In this document: positions 30,904 to 42,241 of the stretch, in pieces
How positions within the stretch are numbered: position 1 is the stretch's first letter
Layout: each line of letters begins with the position of its first letter
DNA from: Vicinamibacteria bacterium
GTDB lineage: Bacteria > Acidobacteriota > Vicinamibacteria > Marinacidobacterales > Marinacidobacteraceae
Assembly: GCA_963668695.2 (NCBI GenBank)
Contig: CAXXLQ010000004.1
Location: forward strand, 3,488,001 to 3,552,000
Length of the DNA stretch: 64,000 nt
Direction: 5' to 3'
The notes under the pieces: generated by a model
What the model saw: the letters and a program-made list of their open reading frames with translations, nothing else
Databases searched by the model: none
Told to the model about the DNA's origin: nothing
Program-made: the position numbers and the translations under genes

Positions 30904-31998
30904 ATGCCGATCACACCCACCACCTCAAAACCGGAACTGATAGACCAATTCCTGACGGCCCTCCACGCCGTACCGGGGGTGCACGCCAAGTGCCAAACGG
31001 ACGTACTCATCGCGCCAGGGCGACGATGTGACGCGTGGATCGATCTGTCGGCGGCGGACAAGGCGGCCAGCCTCATCGTTGAAGCAAAGAGGAACTTCTA
31101 CCCGCGCGACATCCGCCAGGTTCTCTGGCAACTCAGAGAGCTCGTCCACAGAGCGGGATCGAAGCTGAAGGCTCCGGAACCGGTACCGGTTGTGGTCGCC
31201 GAAGCGATTTCTCCGGGCGCAAAGGAGCTCTTGAGAAAGGAGCGCGTGGGCTACTACGACAGCGGAGGGAGCCTTTTCCTCCCGGCCCCGAACATCTACG
31301 TGTATGTGGACAAACCACCACCCAGAACGTTCGCGAGATCCATACGATCCCTGTTTTCTGGTCGGCGCGCTCAGGTGCTGCACGCGCTCCTCTTGCGGCA
31401 CGAGCACTGGTTCGGAGTCGGCGCGCTAGCCGAACTAGCCAGCGCATCACCAGCCACCGTTTCCGAGGTACTGATCGAACTGGAGCGATTCGACTGGATG
31501 GAGGCACGAGGTCGAGGTCCGAAGAAGGAACGCCGGTTAGCCAAACCCGATGTGCTGCTCGATGAATGGGCAAGGCATCTCGCCGTGACCCGGCGTCCGG
31601 CAATTCGGCGCTACTACGTTCCCCGGGTCGATGCTGCCGAACTCGTGGGAATGGCCGCCGCCGCCTTGGGCGCGCACGGCGTCGAGTACGCGATCACCGG
31701 CGAGGCCGCGGGTCAGCACTATGCGCCTTTCTTGTCGCACCTATCCCGGGTGCACTGCAGGGTCCCGATGGGTCCCGCTGTTGAAGATACCCTCGGCAAG
31801 TTGGGGGCGCGTGATGTGGACGAAGGAACCAACCTGGTCGTCATCGAATCCCGCTTGCCAGGCGAGTTGTCGTTCCGCGAGCTCGCGAACGGGATCTGGT
31901 TCGCCAGCCCGGTTCAGGTCTATCTCGACCTGTTGCGCACGGAAGGACGCGCCAAGGAACTGGCGCAGCACCTGCGCGCGGAAAGGATCGGTTTCTGA
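30904..31998 (+). CDS. AbiEi-like type IV TA antitoxin / HTH regulator with N-terminal PD-(D/E)xK-like domain
   Basis: CDAWID...IVEAK; HTH (VGALAELASASPATVSEVL); LLDEW; ASPVQVYLDL...GRAKE. Confidence 0.75.
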   Translation: MPITPTTSKPELIDQFLTALHAVPGVHAKCQTDVLIAPGRRCDAWIDLSAADKAASLIVEAKRNFYPRDIRQVLWQLRELVHRAGSKLKAPEPVPVVVAEAISPGAKELLRKERVGYYDSGGSLFLPAPNIYVYVDKPPPRTFARSIRSLFSGRRAQVLHALLLRHEHWFGVGALAELASASPATVSEVLIELERFDWMEARGRGPKKERRLAKPDVLLDEWARHLAVTRRPAIRRYYVPRVDAAELVGMAAAALGAHGVEYAITGEAAGQHYAPFLSHLSRVHCRVPMGPAVEDTLGKLGARDVDEGTNLVVIESRLPGELSFRELANGIWFASPVQVYLDLLRTEGRAKELAQHLRAERIGF

Positions 31999-32879
31999 TG
32001 GAGAAACCTCAGACTCGCGCCGGCTATACCCTCAGGCAAACGCTGACGTGCGAACGCGCCCTCGTGACGCTACTCCGCGGACTGGGTCCGTGGAGGGATT
32101 CCATCTACCTGGTCGGCGGTCTCGCCGCTCGGTACTTGACACCCGCAGGACCGTCGCATGCGGGGACGCTCGATGTCGATGTCGTTGTTGACGTCCAACT
32201 ACTGGTGGGAATCGACGCATACCGGTCATTCGAGGACAACCTTCGAAGGTCGGGGTTTGCACCCGTCGGGAAGGACGGGAACCCCGCGCCGTCTTCCTGG
32301 CGGTGGCAATACCGAAAGGAAGGCGGCGACACTATCGTGCTGGGACTGCTGACCGACGACCCCGAGAAGACTGGCGGCCAGGTTCAGGTCATACCAGGCG
32401 AGGGCGCCATCCAAGTTCTAAACATCCCACGCTCATCCATAGTCTTCGATCACTACCAAGTTCGCGAGATTAGGGCTGAACTTCTCGATGGCAACGGCAT
32501 CGTCAGCGAGAGAGTGCGACACACTGACTTGTTGGGATTCACCTGTCTCAAGGCATTGGCCGTCGATCAGCGATTCGAACGGAAGGACGCCTATGACCTG
32601 ATCTACTGCATTGAGCATGCGAACGGAGGGCTGAACGCGCTGTCCGAGCCGATTCGGAAGGCTCGTGAGGGCAAGCACGGCACGGCAGTCGAGGCAGCGC
32701 TACAAATCCTCCGCAAACACTTTGTGTCAGACGGAGAGACCGAGGGATATAAGAAGGATGGTCCGGTGGCCGTCTCCAAGTTCGAAAGAGGCGAAGGAGT
32801 CGACCAGCATGAAGCTCGAATCCGGCGTCAGCGCGGAGTGGCCGATCTGGTCGAAGACCTTCTAGCCAAAGTCGGTTAA
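31998..32879 (+). CDS. Nucleotidyltransferase-fold protein (AbiEii-like toxin)
   Basis: YLVGGLA...HAGTLDVD; LKA...R..RKDAYDL; coupled to the upstream gene. Confidence 0.75.
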   Translation: MEKPQTRAGYTLRQTLTCERALVTLLRGLGPWRDSIYLVGGLAARYLTPAGPSHAGTLDVDVVVDVQLLVGIDAYRSFEDNLRRSGFAPVGKDGNPAPSSWRWQYRKEGGDTIVLGLLTDDPEKTGGQVQVIPGEGAIQVLNIPRSSIVFDHYQVREIRAELLDGNGIVSERVRHTDLLGFTCLKALAVDQRFERKDAYDLIYCIEHANGGLNALSEPIRKAREGKHGTAVEAALQILRKHFVSDGETEGYKKDGPVAVSKFERGEGVDQHEARIRRQRGVADLVEDLLAKVG

Positions 32880-32973
32880 TCCGCCTTCGACCCACCTCAG
32901 TTTGGCGGGTTCCGGGTAGCCCGTACGCGGGTTGAGGGGCCGGCTTGCGCCGGCCCCTCGGGTGCGCGTCCCC

Positions 32974-33477
32974 TCAGTTGACGCTGACCTCGATCTGGCG
33001 CGGCTGCGCCGTCTCGAGCTTCGGCAGGACGACCCGCAAGACCCCGTCCTTGGTCTCCGCCCGGATGTTGGAGCTGTCCACGATCTCCGGCAGGTCGAAG
33101 GAGCGGTGGAATCTGCCGACCACCCGCTCGCGGCGGAGCCAGGCCCCCGCGCCGTTCGCGTCACCGGCCTCGGGGCCGGTGCCGGTCTCGCGGACTTCCT
33201 CCCGCTTGCCCTCGAGGATCAGCCGGCCGTCGTGATAGCGAACCGAGATGTCCTCACGGGCGATGCCGGGAAGCTCTGCCTCGACCACGACCTCCGTATC
33301 GGATTCGCGGACGTCGACCGGCGGACTCCAGAGCGTCGCCCCGTTCGTTCTTCCGCTGGCAGGCTCCCCAAACCGGGCCTCGCCAAACTGGGCCTGGGCA
33401 AACCGAGCCGGAAGATCGGAGAACGGATCGGCGAAGAGACGCTGAAACGAAGGGTTGAAGAGGGTCAGATGGGTCAT
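32974..33477 (-). CDS. Hsp20/alpha-crystallin small heat-shock protein
   Basis: WSPPVDVRE, AELPG, RERVVGRFHRSFDLP, DGVLRVVLPK. Confidence 0.95.
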   Translation of the reverse strand: MTHLTLFNPSFQRLFADPFSDLPARFAQAQFGEARFGEPASGRTNGATLWSPPVDVRESDTEVVVEAELPGIAREDISVRYHDGRLILEGKREEVRETGTGPEAGDANGAGAWLRRERVVGRFHRSFDLPEIVDSSNIRAETKDGVLRVVLPKLETAQPRQIEVSVN

Positions 33478-33564
33478 GCTGTTTTTTCCAGTATTTGTCT
33501 GGCTGGGAGCCGGATCAGGCCGCTCCCTACGCCCGCCAGACGAGTTTTCTCGGCTGACGGGAGG

Positions 33565-34789
<1,225 letters not shown>

Positions 34790-34837
34790 GCAGAACTGAC
34801 CGGGAGACCGGGACGAGCCATTGGCCCACGACACCAG

Positions 34838-35700
34838 TCAATGGAACGCCGGTATCGCAATCGCGACCATACCGGCCGCAAAAACGATGATCCCATTGCG
34901 GATGGCGGCAAAGCTCACTGCAAGTGCGTTGGTCATGATCAGGGCGATTCGCTGATTCTGCTCTAGCAGCCTGTGGATAAAGTGGCGTGAGTGCCGAGGC
35001 TGGCCAGTTCTCCCGGTGGGGGCGAGGCGCCCGGCTGACAAGGCGCGCGAGGGAGGAATACCGGGTGTATTTCGACCGAAGCGCAACGATGAGGGCCGCG
35101 AAGCGGCACGTTTCAGCCGGGATGCATCGCCCGCCGAACGCCGCGTGACTTTGTCCACAGGCTGCTAGGTAGAAGAGTCTTGTCGCGCGCAGTCCGACAT
35201 CGTCAAGATGCAGATGATCCGGGGGCGCCGGCGCCCAGACCTTGCGAACATCGAGGACTTCGAAGGCGAAGAAGCCGCCTGAGATGAAATAGATCCACCC
35301 AAGGAGAATTGCGGCATATCCGATTTGGCCCGACAATGCCGACGCTGGCCTCGCGACATGAGACGCCGGTTCCGAAAGGAGGCCAAACAGCGCGGTGGCG
35401 ATGGCCGCGGCCAGCGAAATCGCCACCAAATTCGTCCGCGCCTTGGCTTCTATGGAGTTCCTACGCTCCCGCTCTCGATCCTCGAACTGCTCCAGAACCG
35501 GATCCGTGAGGCGCGAAGCAAGCTCGTGCCGGGTGGCAACAAGGGCGTGCATGTCGTCGTCACGAACCTGCGTTTCCTCCCTGATTTCCCGCCGTAGCGA
35601 GTAGTGGAGGAGGATGGCTTGGGCCGTTACGGTGTGGAAGGTCCGGGCAAACCAGCGCCCGAGGCTTCGAAGCCGTTTCGCGATTCCTCCTCGCTCAGCC
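34838..35700 (-). pseudogene. Three-TM hypothetical membrane protein interrupted by a MITE (start uncertain)
   Basis: Removing 34966-35165 and one TA restores ...RLFYLEQNQRIALIMTN... Confidence 0.7.
34964..35167. mobile_element. MITE family A, clean 200-bp copy with TA duplication
   Basis: TA-GCAGCCTGTGGA...TCCACAGGCTGC-TA; cassette at 35004. Confidence 0.92.
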
Positions 35701-36300
35701 AAGCCGCGATTGCATGCGCAACATCCCATCCGAGGGACTCAGCGAGCCACGCCCACTCGCCCACCGGATTAACTTCCAGATAGACGTAGTCCTCACCAAC
35801 CTGCGCCAGATCAATTGCCGCGAAGGATAGGTGGAGGCGTCGCGCCAAGCCGACGCATTGTTCTCTGACCTCGTCTGGGAGAGCGTGCTCGGTGTAAACG
35901 ACGTGATCGTGCAGAATTCTCCAGTCGCCGTCGATCGGACCATCCCGATCCGTGATTGCGGCCGCCCACACACGATCTCCGACGATCGTCACTCTCACAT
36001 CCGTCTTCGGGCGAATCTGCTCTTGGACGATGGTCGGCAGTTGGGACAAATCCGAGGTTTGTAGTGCTCCGGCGTCAAGTAGTTGAGTGAAGCAGAAGTA
36101 CTGATGGTCCTCTTGGCGCCAAAGAACGGTGTCAAGGCCCTTTAGAGCAAATCCTGCTCCTTCGGGCAGATACCGAAGCGCCGCTCGGGCCGAGTTGGTT
36201 ACTACTGTGGACGGAATCCGAAAACCGATGTCCACCGCGGTGCGGAGTTGCACCATCTTGTTTTCGGCGAGGAAGTCCGTCCGGGAATGGCACCCGGTTC
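35627..36300 (-). pseudogene. MvdC/MvdD-like ATP-grasp ligase, N-terminally truncated
   Basis: AENKMVQL..A...GFRIPST; QEQI.PKTDVRVT; DWR; FAAIDL; LEVNPVGEWAWL. Confidence 0.8.
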
Positions 36301-36392
36301 TCTCTTCGTCCGGCCAGACGGCGAGCCGCCCGACCGAAAACCTGAAGCCGCGTGTGGGGCCGGGCACCATACCACCGGGCCCGGCGAAGGGG

Positions 36393-36742
36393 AACAGCCC
36401 GTGGTGGAACCCACGTGAGCGCCGAGGCCGGGAAGGCGCCCGGCTGACAAGGCGCGTGAGGGAGGAGCCCCCACCGGGAGAACTGGCCCGGGTGTATGCC
36501 GACCGAAACGCAACGATGAGCGGCGCGCAGCGACGCGGTGAACAGCCGGTGGTGGAACCCACGTGAGCACCGAGGCCGGGAAGGCGCCCGGCTGACAAGG
36601 CGCGTGAGGGAGGAGCCCCCACCGGGAGAACTGGCCCGGGTGTATGCCGACCGAAACGCAACGATGAGCGGCGCGACGCGACGCGGTTCAGCCGGGATGG
36701 ATCGCCGGCCGAACGCCGCGTGGGTTTCATCACCGGCTGTTA
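36393..36742. mobile_element. MITE family A tandem copy upstream of pgk, two cassettes
   Basis: Two units; cassettes at 36467 and 36615; ends ...GGCTGT-TA. Confidence 0.85.
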
Positions 36743-36757
36743 CGGTTTTGCCCCGCC

Positions 36758-37948
36758 GTGCTTCTGAAAGCCCGAAAGCTGACCCTTCGAGACCTCGACC
36801 TGCGCGGCCGCCGGCTCCTGCTGCGCGCCGATCTGAACGTACCTCTCGGAGACGGACGAGTGGCCGACGACAGTCGCCTCCGGGCCGCCCTCCCCGCCAT
36901 CCGCACGGCTCGCGAGCAGGGCGCCGCGGTGGTCGTCACCTCTCATCTGGGCCGGCCCCGCGGCGAGCCCGATCTCGCGCTCAGCCTGCGGCCGGTCGCG
37001 GAGCGGCTTCAGGAACTCCTCGGCGAGACCGTCCGCTTTCGGCCCGGCGTGGTCGGCCGTGAGGACGGCGAGACGCCGAGGCTCCGTGCCGGCGACGTCG
37101 TCGTTCTCGAGAACCTGCGCTTTCATCCGGGCGAAACCGGAAACTCCCCCGAGTTCGCCGCTCGCCTCGCGGCTTACGGAGACGAGTACGTGAACGACGC
37201 CTTCGGCGCCGCCCACCGGGCCCACGCTTCGGTAGAGGCCTGCGCGCGGCGCTTTCCACGAGCGGCAGCCGGCCCCCTGATGGAAGCCGAACTCGCAGCG
37301 CTCGGCATGGCGCTCGCAAATCCCCCCCGCCCCTTCGTGGCCATCCTCGGCGGCGCCAAGGTCTCCGGCAAACTCCCGGCCATCCGGTCGCTGCTCAGCC
37401 GCGCCGATCGTCTCCTGATCGGCGGAGCGATGGCATACACCTTCGCCGCGGCTCAGGGGCTGCCGACCGGCCGGTCGCTCGTCGAACCAAACCGGATCGC
37501 GGAGGCCGCGGCGCTGCTCGACGCCCACGCTGACCGGCTGGTGCTCCCCGTGGACCACTGCACCGCACCCTCTACGGACGGAAATTCCATCCGGGAACTT
37601 CCGATCGGCGAGATTTCGGCCAACTGGATGGGGCTCGACATCGGCCCGGCGTCGCGCGCCGCTTTCGCTTCCCACATCCGCGAGGCGGCAACGATCGTCT
37701 GGAACGGACCGCTGGGGCTCTTCGAGAACCCGCGCTTCGCCGAAGGCACGACCGCCGTGGCGCTCGCGGTGGCCGAGGCGACCGATCGGGGAGCGACGAG
37801 CGTCGTCGGCGGCGGGGACCTGCTCGCCGCGGTGCGGCGCGCCGGGGTGTCCGGCCGCATCAGCCACCTCTCTACCGGCGGCGGGGCGTCCCTCGCCTTC
37901 CTCGCGGGAAGACCGCTCCCGGGGGTGGAGGCCCTCGCCGATGCCTGA
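36758..37948 (+). CDS. pgk: Phosphoglycerate kinase
   Basis: RADLNVP, SHLGRP, LENLRF, NDAFG, WNGPLG, HLSTGGGASL. Confidence 0.98.
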   Translation: MLLKARKLTLRDLDLRGRRLLLRADLNVPLGDGRVADDSRLRAALPAIRTAREQGAAVVVTSHLGRPRGEPDLALSLRPVAERLQELLGETVRFRPGVVGREDGETPRLRAGDVVVLENLRFHPGETGNSPEFAARLAAYGDEYVNDAFGAAHRAHASVEACARRFPRAAAGPLMEAELAALGMALANPPRPFVAILGGAKVSGKLPAIRSLLSRADRLLIGGAMAYTFAAAQGLPTGRSLVEPNRIAEAAALLDAHADRLVLPVDHCTAPSTDGNSIRELPIGEISANWMGLDIGPASRAAFASHIREAATIVWNGPLGLFENPRFAEGTTAVALAVAEATDRGATSVVGGGDLLAAVRRAGVSGRISHLSTGGGASLAFLAGRPLPGVEALADA

Positions 37949-38723
37949 TCAAACTCCGACCCGCCGCCCCCTCGTCATCGGGAATTGGAAGATGCACCTG
38001 AGCGGCGCCGCCGGGGCCGCCCTCGCCAGCGAAATCGCCGCCGGGCTCCCGTCCGGCCTCGATCCGAAACGGGCGGAGGTCGCGGTTGCGCCGCCGTTCA
38101 TCGCTCTCGCCCCGGTGGCCGAAGCGATCCGGGGCAGCGCCGTGGGACTCGCCGCCCAGGACGTCTTCTACGAGCGGGAGGGCGCTTTCACGGGGGCGGT
38201 GTCGGCTCCCATGCTCGCGGCCGCCGGATGCTCCATCGTGCTGGTCGGTCACTCGGAGCGGCGTCACGTCTTCGGGGACAACGACGCGGACGTCCGCAGA
38301 AAGACGCTCGCGGTACTCGAAGCGGGGATGCGCCCCGTAGTCTGCGTCGGGGAGACTGCAGAACAAAAGGATGCCGGACAGGCCGAAAACGTGGTCCGGG
38401 GGCAACTCCAGGCGGCAATCGCCGGCCTGTCGGACACCCAACTCACTTCGCTCGCCGTCGCCTATGAGCCGGTCTGGGCCATTGGAACGGGTCGGACCGC
38501 CACCCCGGAAACCGCGGAAGCGATGCACCGGGCCATCCGCACCGGATTGGAGGCTATCGCGGGGCCTCGGGCCGCCGGAGGGGCGCCGCTACTTTACGGA
38601 GGGTCGGTGAAGGGCGATAATGCCAGCGCCATCCTGGCCGGGGCCAACGTGGATGGCCTGCTGGTGGGCGGAGCCAGCCTCCGCGCCGACTCGTTCCTGA
38701 ACATCTGCCACGCCGCCGGCTGA
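37941..38723 (+). CDS. tpiA: Triosephosphate isomerase
   Basis: GNWKM, GHSERR, AYEPVWAIGTG, YGGSV, LVGGASL. Confidence 0.98.
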   Translation: MPDQTPTRRPLVIGNWKMHLSGAAGAALASEIAAGLPSGLDPKRAEVAVAPPFIALAPVAEAIRGSAVGLAAQDVFYEREGAFTGAVSAPMLAAAGCSIVLVGHSERRHVFGDNDADVRRKTLAVLEAGMRPVVCVGETAEQKDAGQAENVVRGQLQAAIAGLSDTQLTSLAVAYEPVWAIGTGRTATPETAEAMHRAIRTGLEAIAGPRAAGGAPLLYGGSVKGDNASAILAGANVDGLLVGGASLRADSFLNICHAAG

Positions 38724-38796
38724 GCGGCGAACCAGGCGTCAGGCCGCCGCGCCGTATCGGAACGAGAGCCGCCCCTGAACCGGAATATCAACGCCA

Positions 38797-39153
38797 ATGA
38801 CCATCCTGCTCACCATCATCCACATCCTCGTCTGTTTGTTCCTCGTCCTCGTCGTGCTCACCCAGCAGGGCAAAGGTCAGGATCTCGCGAGCGCCTTCGG
38901 CGGCGCCGGCAGCCAGGCGGCGTTCGGGGCTCGGGGCACCGCCTCCCTCCTGACCAAAGTGACCGCGTTTGTCGCGGGCCTCTTCATGGTCACTTCGCTA
39001 CTGCTCGGGTATGTACAGGGTGATCCGGAATCCGAGAGCGTGGTGAACGCGCCGGGAGTCATGATTCCGGTTCCGGCAGCCGCGATTCCCGCAGCGACGG
39101 AGGAGGCGGAACCCGCCGGCTCCGAAGCGGGTGAAGAACCCGAGAATCCGTAG
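38797..39153 (+). CDS. secG: Preprotein translocase subunit SecG
   Basis: VLTQQGKGQDLASAFGGAGSQAAFGARG; two TM helices; usual position after tpiA. Confidence 0.95.
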   Translation: MTILLTIIHILVCLFLVLVVLTQQGKGQDLASAFGGAGSQAAFGARGTASLLTKVTAFVAGLFMVTSLLLGYVQGDPESESVVNAPGVMIPVPAAAIPAATEEAEPAGSEAGEEPENP

Positions 39154-39291
39154 GCGCCCGAATCCGGCGAAGAAGGCGGCGGGCGCGGTCTCGGGGCACC
39201 CTCGGGCTTCTGATTCCGTCCCGGCGGGGCTTCGGCCCCGCCCCTATAATTCCGCGTCCGGCAGTCGAAAGTTCTGCCGGTCCTCACCGCT

Positions 39292-39377
39292 GCCGAAGTG
39301 GTGGAATGGTAGACACGTGCGCTTGAGGGGCGTATGGGAGTGATCCCGTGGGGGTTCGAGTCCCCCCTTCGGCACCA
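39292..39377 (+). tRNA. tRNA-Leu(GAG)
   Basis: GCCGAAGTGGTGGAATGGTAGACAC...TTGAGGG...long variable arm...GTTCGAGTCC...GGCACCA. Confidence 0.96.
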
Positions 39378-39382
39378 GGTCG

Positions 39383-40162
39383 GGCGGCCCAGAAACGGGG
39401 TGCGCAATGAACGCGCGGATGGTGGAACAGCAACGAGGTTTGTAGACGCACCCCGTTTCTGGGCCGCTCGGCGCTGCGCGCCGAAAATCGGAAGTGCGGC
39501 GAGAGCCGCACGGAGACCCCGGAGCAGGAGGGGTTGGGGTCGGGGAACCCGACTCCCAGTCGCTCCTGGCTCGGGAATCGGAACTTCCTCGCGCGCCTGG
39601 GGCGCGCTACGGCAAGTTCCGATTCCTGGTTTCTTTTTGTGAAAGGGGGGCGAGCCCCCCTTCCACACTTTCCCCCCGGTCACGCGGGCAGCGAACAAAG
39701 TTCGCTGCCATTGGTTTTCTCGTTCGGCGATAGCCAACCCGCTGGAAGGACGGCAGGCTAGGGAACGCCGGACCCTTCGGTGCCTCTCACACCGGAGGGC
39801 CCAGAAAACGAAGTCCGAAGGGTATAGACCTCCGGTCGGCACAGCGGCGCGCAGCGCCGCGGGCGGTTCATCGCTGATCCCTACAGAGCGCGCGGGAACG
39901 CCAGCCAGTTCTTCCGGGGTATCTCCCTGTCACGCTTTCCCCCCAGTCAGGCGGGCAGCGAACCAGAGGTTCGCCGCCATTGTTTTTCTGGCGCGCTCAG
40001 CTAAGCCCCACGCTCTCACGGCACGCAGGCTAGGGAACGCCGACCTCCAGGTCGGCACAGCGGCGCACAGCGCCGCGGGCGGTTCATCGCTGATCCCCAC
40101 AGAGGGCGCCGTAGGCACGGGAACGCCGGCCAGTCCTCCCGGTGGAGGCCTTCAGACCGGTA
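39383..40162. repeat. Hairpin-dense non-coding region with two degenerate tandem units
   Basis: Long IR ~39383-39467; 13-bp IR 39574/39614; hairpin 39641-39663; units ~39660-39915 and ~39925-40160 share blocks. Confidence 0.7.
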
Positions 40163-40227
40163 CCGCCTCTCGGAGACGGGCGAAACCGCAGAATTCAACT
40201 CACCCGGATCGCCGCCCGGCGAGACAC

Positions 40228-41433
40228 CTACAACAACAGCGACAGGAAGGTCCGGGCGGGAACGATCAGCGGCCGTCCCGGACGGGCGAAGGGATCCCGA
40301 TCCACGTACTCGGGGTCAAACTCAACCTGGAAAGCAAACGGGGCGGCGATCTGATCCTGAAAATGTTGCAGTGACGGGCTGAGCGGGGCCTCCCCCGACT
40401 CCACCTCCACGAGGAACCAGGGTTCCCCGTCCCGGACGACCACGAAGTCCACTTCGCGCTTCTCCTTGTCCCGCAGATAGCCGAGCTCGAAATCCCCGAG
40501 GCCCAGATCGGTCCAACCCTCGATGGCCTTCAGCAGGTGGCAGGCGACAAGAGTCTCGGCCCGCGCGCCCGGATCGCCCAGGGACGACCAATCACGCAGA
40601 TACCACTTCGGTTCCTTCCTGAGCGACCGAGTGACATTCCGGTACCAAGGCCTGACCAGGAAACCGAGATGCAGGTCGCAAAACGTTGCGGTCCAGCGCC
40701 GCACGGTGTCCTCCGAGACCCGAATCTGCCGGGCGAGGTTTCCGAAGACGAGCTGCTGTCCGGATCGGTCTGCCAGTAGCCGCGCCATCAACTCAAGCTG
40801 ATCGAGCTGCTGAACTCGGGTGAGGTCCCGAACCTCTTCTCGAACGAGCTGGCGGTGGCGGAGCGCCTGCCAGCGCCGGGCAAAGCGTGGATCGCGCTTC
40901 AGGAAAGGCTCCGGGTAACCGCCGTAGCGCCAGAGGGAACTCCAGGCGGACGCTTGGAGACGCCGGGGCCGTCGGACGATCCGGCCGGCTTCGGGAAGTT
41001 TCTGGGTCAGCGCCTCGGCGACGGAGAACGGATGCATTCGGTAGAAGAAATACCGGCCCATAAGGCTGTCGCCGCCCCGGCGGTAGATATCGAGGCGGCT
41101 GCTTTCCGTGACCACGATCCGCACTTCATCGCCGTACGCATCGAAGAGTCCCTTCAGGAACTGCCGCCAGAGCGGGAATTTGTGGAGTTCGTCCAGCAGG
41201 ACGGTCGGCCGGGCGGCGCGCAGCCGACCCAGACCGAGCCGCTCGGCGAGCGCGCCGGGACCGGCCAGGATGAGTTCCCGGTCATCGAGGTTGTCCCAGT
41301 TGACGTAGGCGTCCGAATGAACGCGGCCGGTGGTCGTCTTTCCCACCTGGCGCGGACCGCCGAGGAAAGCCATCTGCCGGTTGCTCTTCAGGTGCTCCGC
41401 GAGCAGGGCGTCGTAGATTCGAGGGACCGGCAC
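40228..41433 (-). CDS. AAA_14 ATPase with DUF4143 domain
   Basis: GPRQVGKTT Walker A; LLDELH; GGYPE; KEPKWYLRD; EVDFVV...LVEV. Confidence 0.92.
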   Translation of the reverse strand: MPVPRIYDALLAEHLKSNRQMAFLGGPRQVGKTTTGRVHSDAYVNWDNLDDRELILAGPGALAERLGLGRLRAARPTVLLDELHKFPLWRQFLKGLFDAYGDEVRIVVTESSRLDIYRRGGDSLMGRYFFYRMHPFSVAEALTQKLPEAGRIVRRPRRLQASAWSSLWRYGGYPEPFLKRDPRFARRWQALRHRQLVREEVRDLTRVQQLDQLELMARLLADRSGQQLVFGNLARQIRVSEDTVRRWTATFCDLHLGFLVRPWYRNVTRSLRKEPKWYLRDWSSLGDPGARAETLVACHLLKAIEGWTDLGLGDFELGYLRDKEKREVDFVVVRDGEPWFLVEVESGEAPLSPSLQHFQDQIAAPFAFQVEFDPEYVDRDPFARPGRPLIVPARTFLSLLL

Positions 41434-41452
41434 GGCTGACCATTATCGTTAG

Positions 41453-41484
41453 TATCGTGGAATAGTCAAGACTATTCCACGATA
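41453..41484. promoter_or_regulatory. Perfect 15-bp inverted repeat upstream of the AAA ATPase
   Basis: tatcgtggaatagtc-aa-gactattccacgata. Confidence 0.7.
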
Positions 41485-41525
41485 TACCGCGGTTTGGTCA
41501 GACTGCCGGACGACCCCGGCGGCGC

Positions 41526-42176
41526 TCAGGAACCGAGCACCGCCCGGAGCAGATGGTGCGGCGTGCCGTCCGCGTCCTCGACTCGCTCGAGCGTCAACTC
41601 GCCGAACCCGAGCGCCGTGAGCCATTCCCGGACCTCCGGATTCCCGGCGTCAACCGGCGCCACCTCATGCGCCTCCCGGTGGAATCGCGTGTGCTGGTGG
41701 TCCTCCGGAAAGTCCTCGTCCACGAGCACCAGCCGGCCTCCCGTACCGAGCACCCGGCGCACCTCGCCGAGCCCCCGCCGCGGATCCTCCCAATGGTGGA
41801 AAGCGTTGATGGAGAAGACCAGCGTGGCCCACCCGTCCAGGACCGGCAGCCGCTCCGCGGCGGCGCGCCGCACCCGCACGGAGCGGCCCAACCAGAGCGT
41901 GCGCACCGCCGTCGCGACGCAGGCGGGCCAGGCCGGATCGAGCGCGATCACGCGCACGTCCGGCGCGCTCGCGGCGGCGAGTGCCGCCGCTTCGCCGGGA
42001 CCGCAGCCGATCTCCACCAAACGGTCACCGGCGCGGATCCCGGCGCGTTCGACGACCATCCGGTTCCGCGGCTCGCTGTAGTGCCGGATGGCGTACCCGA
42101 TCGCAGCCGTCGTCCGGAAGCGCTTCCACCACGGTTGTTTGCCCCCGTCATGGTGGTGGCCCCGGTGGTGCGGCAC
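41526..42176 (-). CDS. Class I SAM-dependent methyltransferase
   Basis: VEIGCGPG; AERLP; AFHHW; RVLGTGGRL. Confidence 0.9.
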   Translation of the reverse strand: MPHHRGHHHDGGKQPWWKRFRTTAAIGYAIRHYSEPRNRMVVERAGIRAGDRLVEIGCGPGEAAALAAASAPDVRVIALDPAWPACVATAVRTLWLGRSVRVRRAAAERLPVLDGWATLVFSINAFHHWEDPRRGLGEVRRVLGTGGRLVLVDEDFPEDHQHTRFHREAHEVAPVDAGNPEVREWLTALGFGELTLERVEDADGTPHHLLRAVLGS

Positions 42177-42241
42177 GGCTTGGAAACGGTACCAGCGGGC
42201 GACCCGTGAGCGGCCCCGAGGGCTCGGGTATCTTTGCCCCC

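Noticed and set aside
39245-39250. TATAAT promoter for tRNA-Leu
   Set aside because: Plausible -10 box but no recognisable -35, so not listed as a feature.
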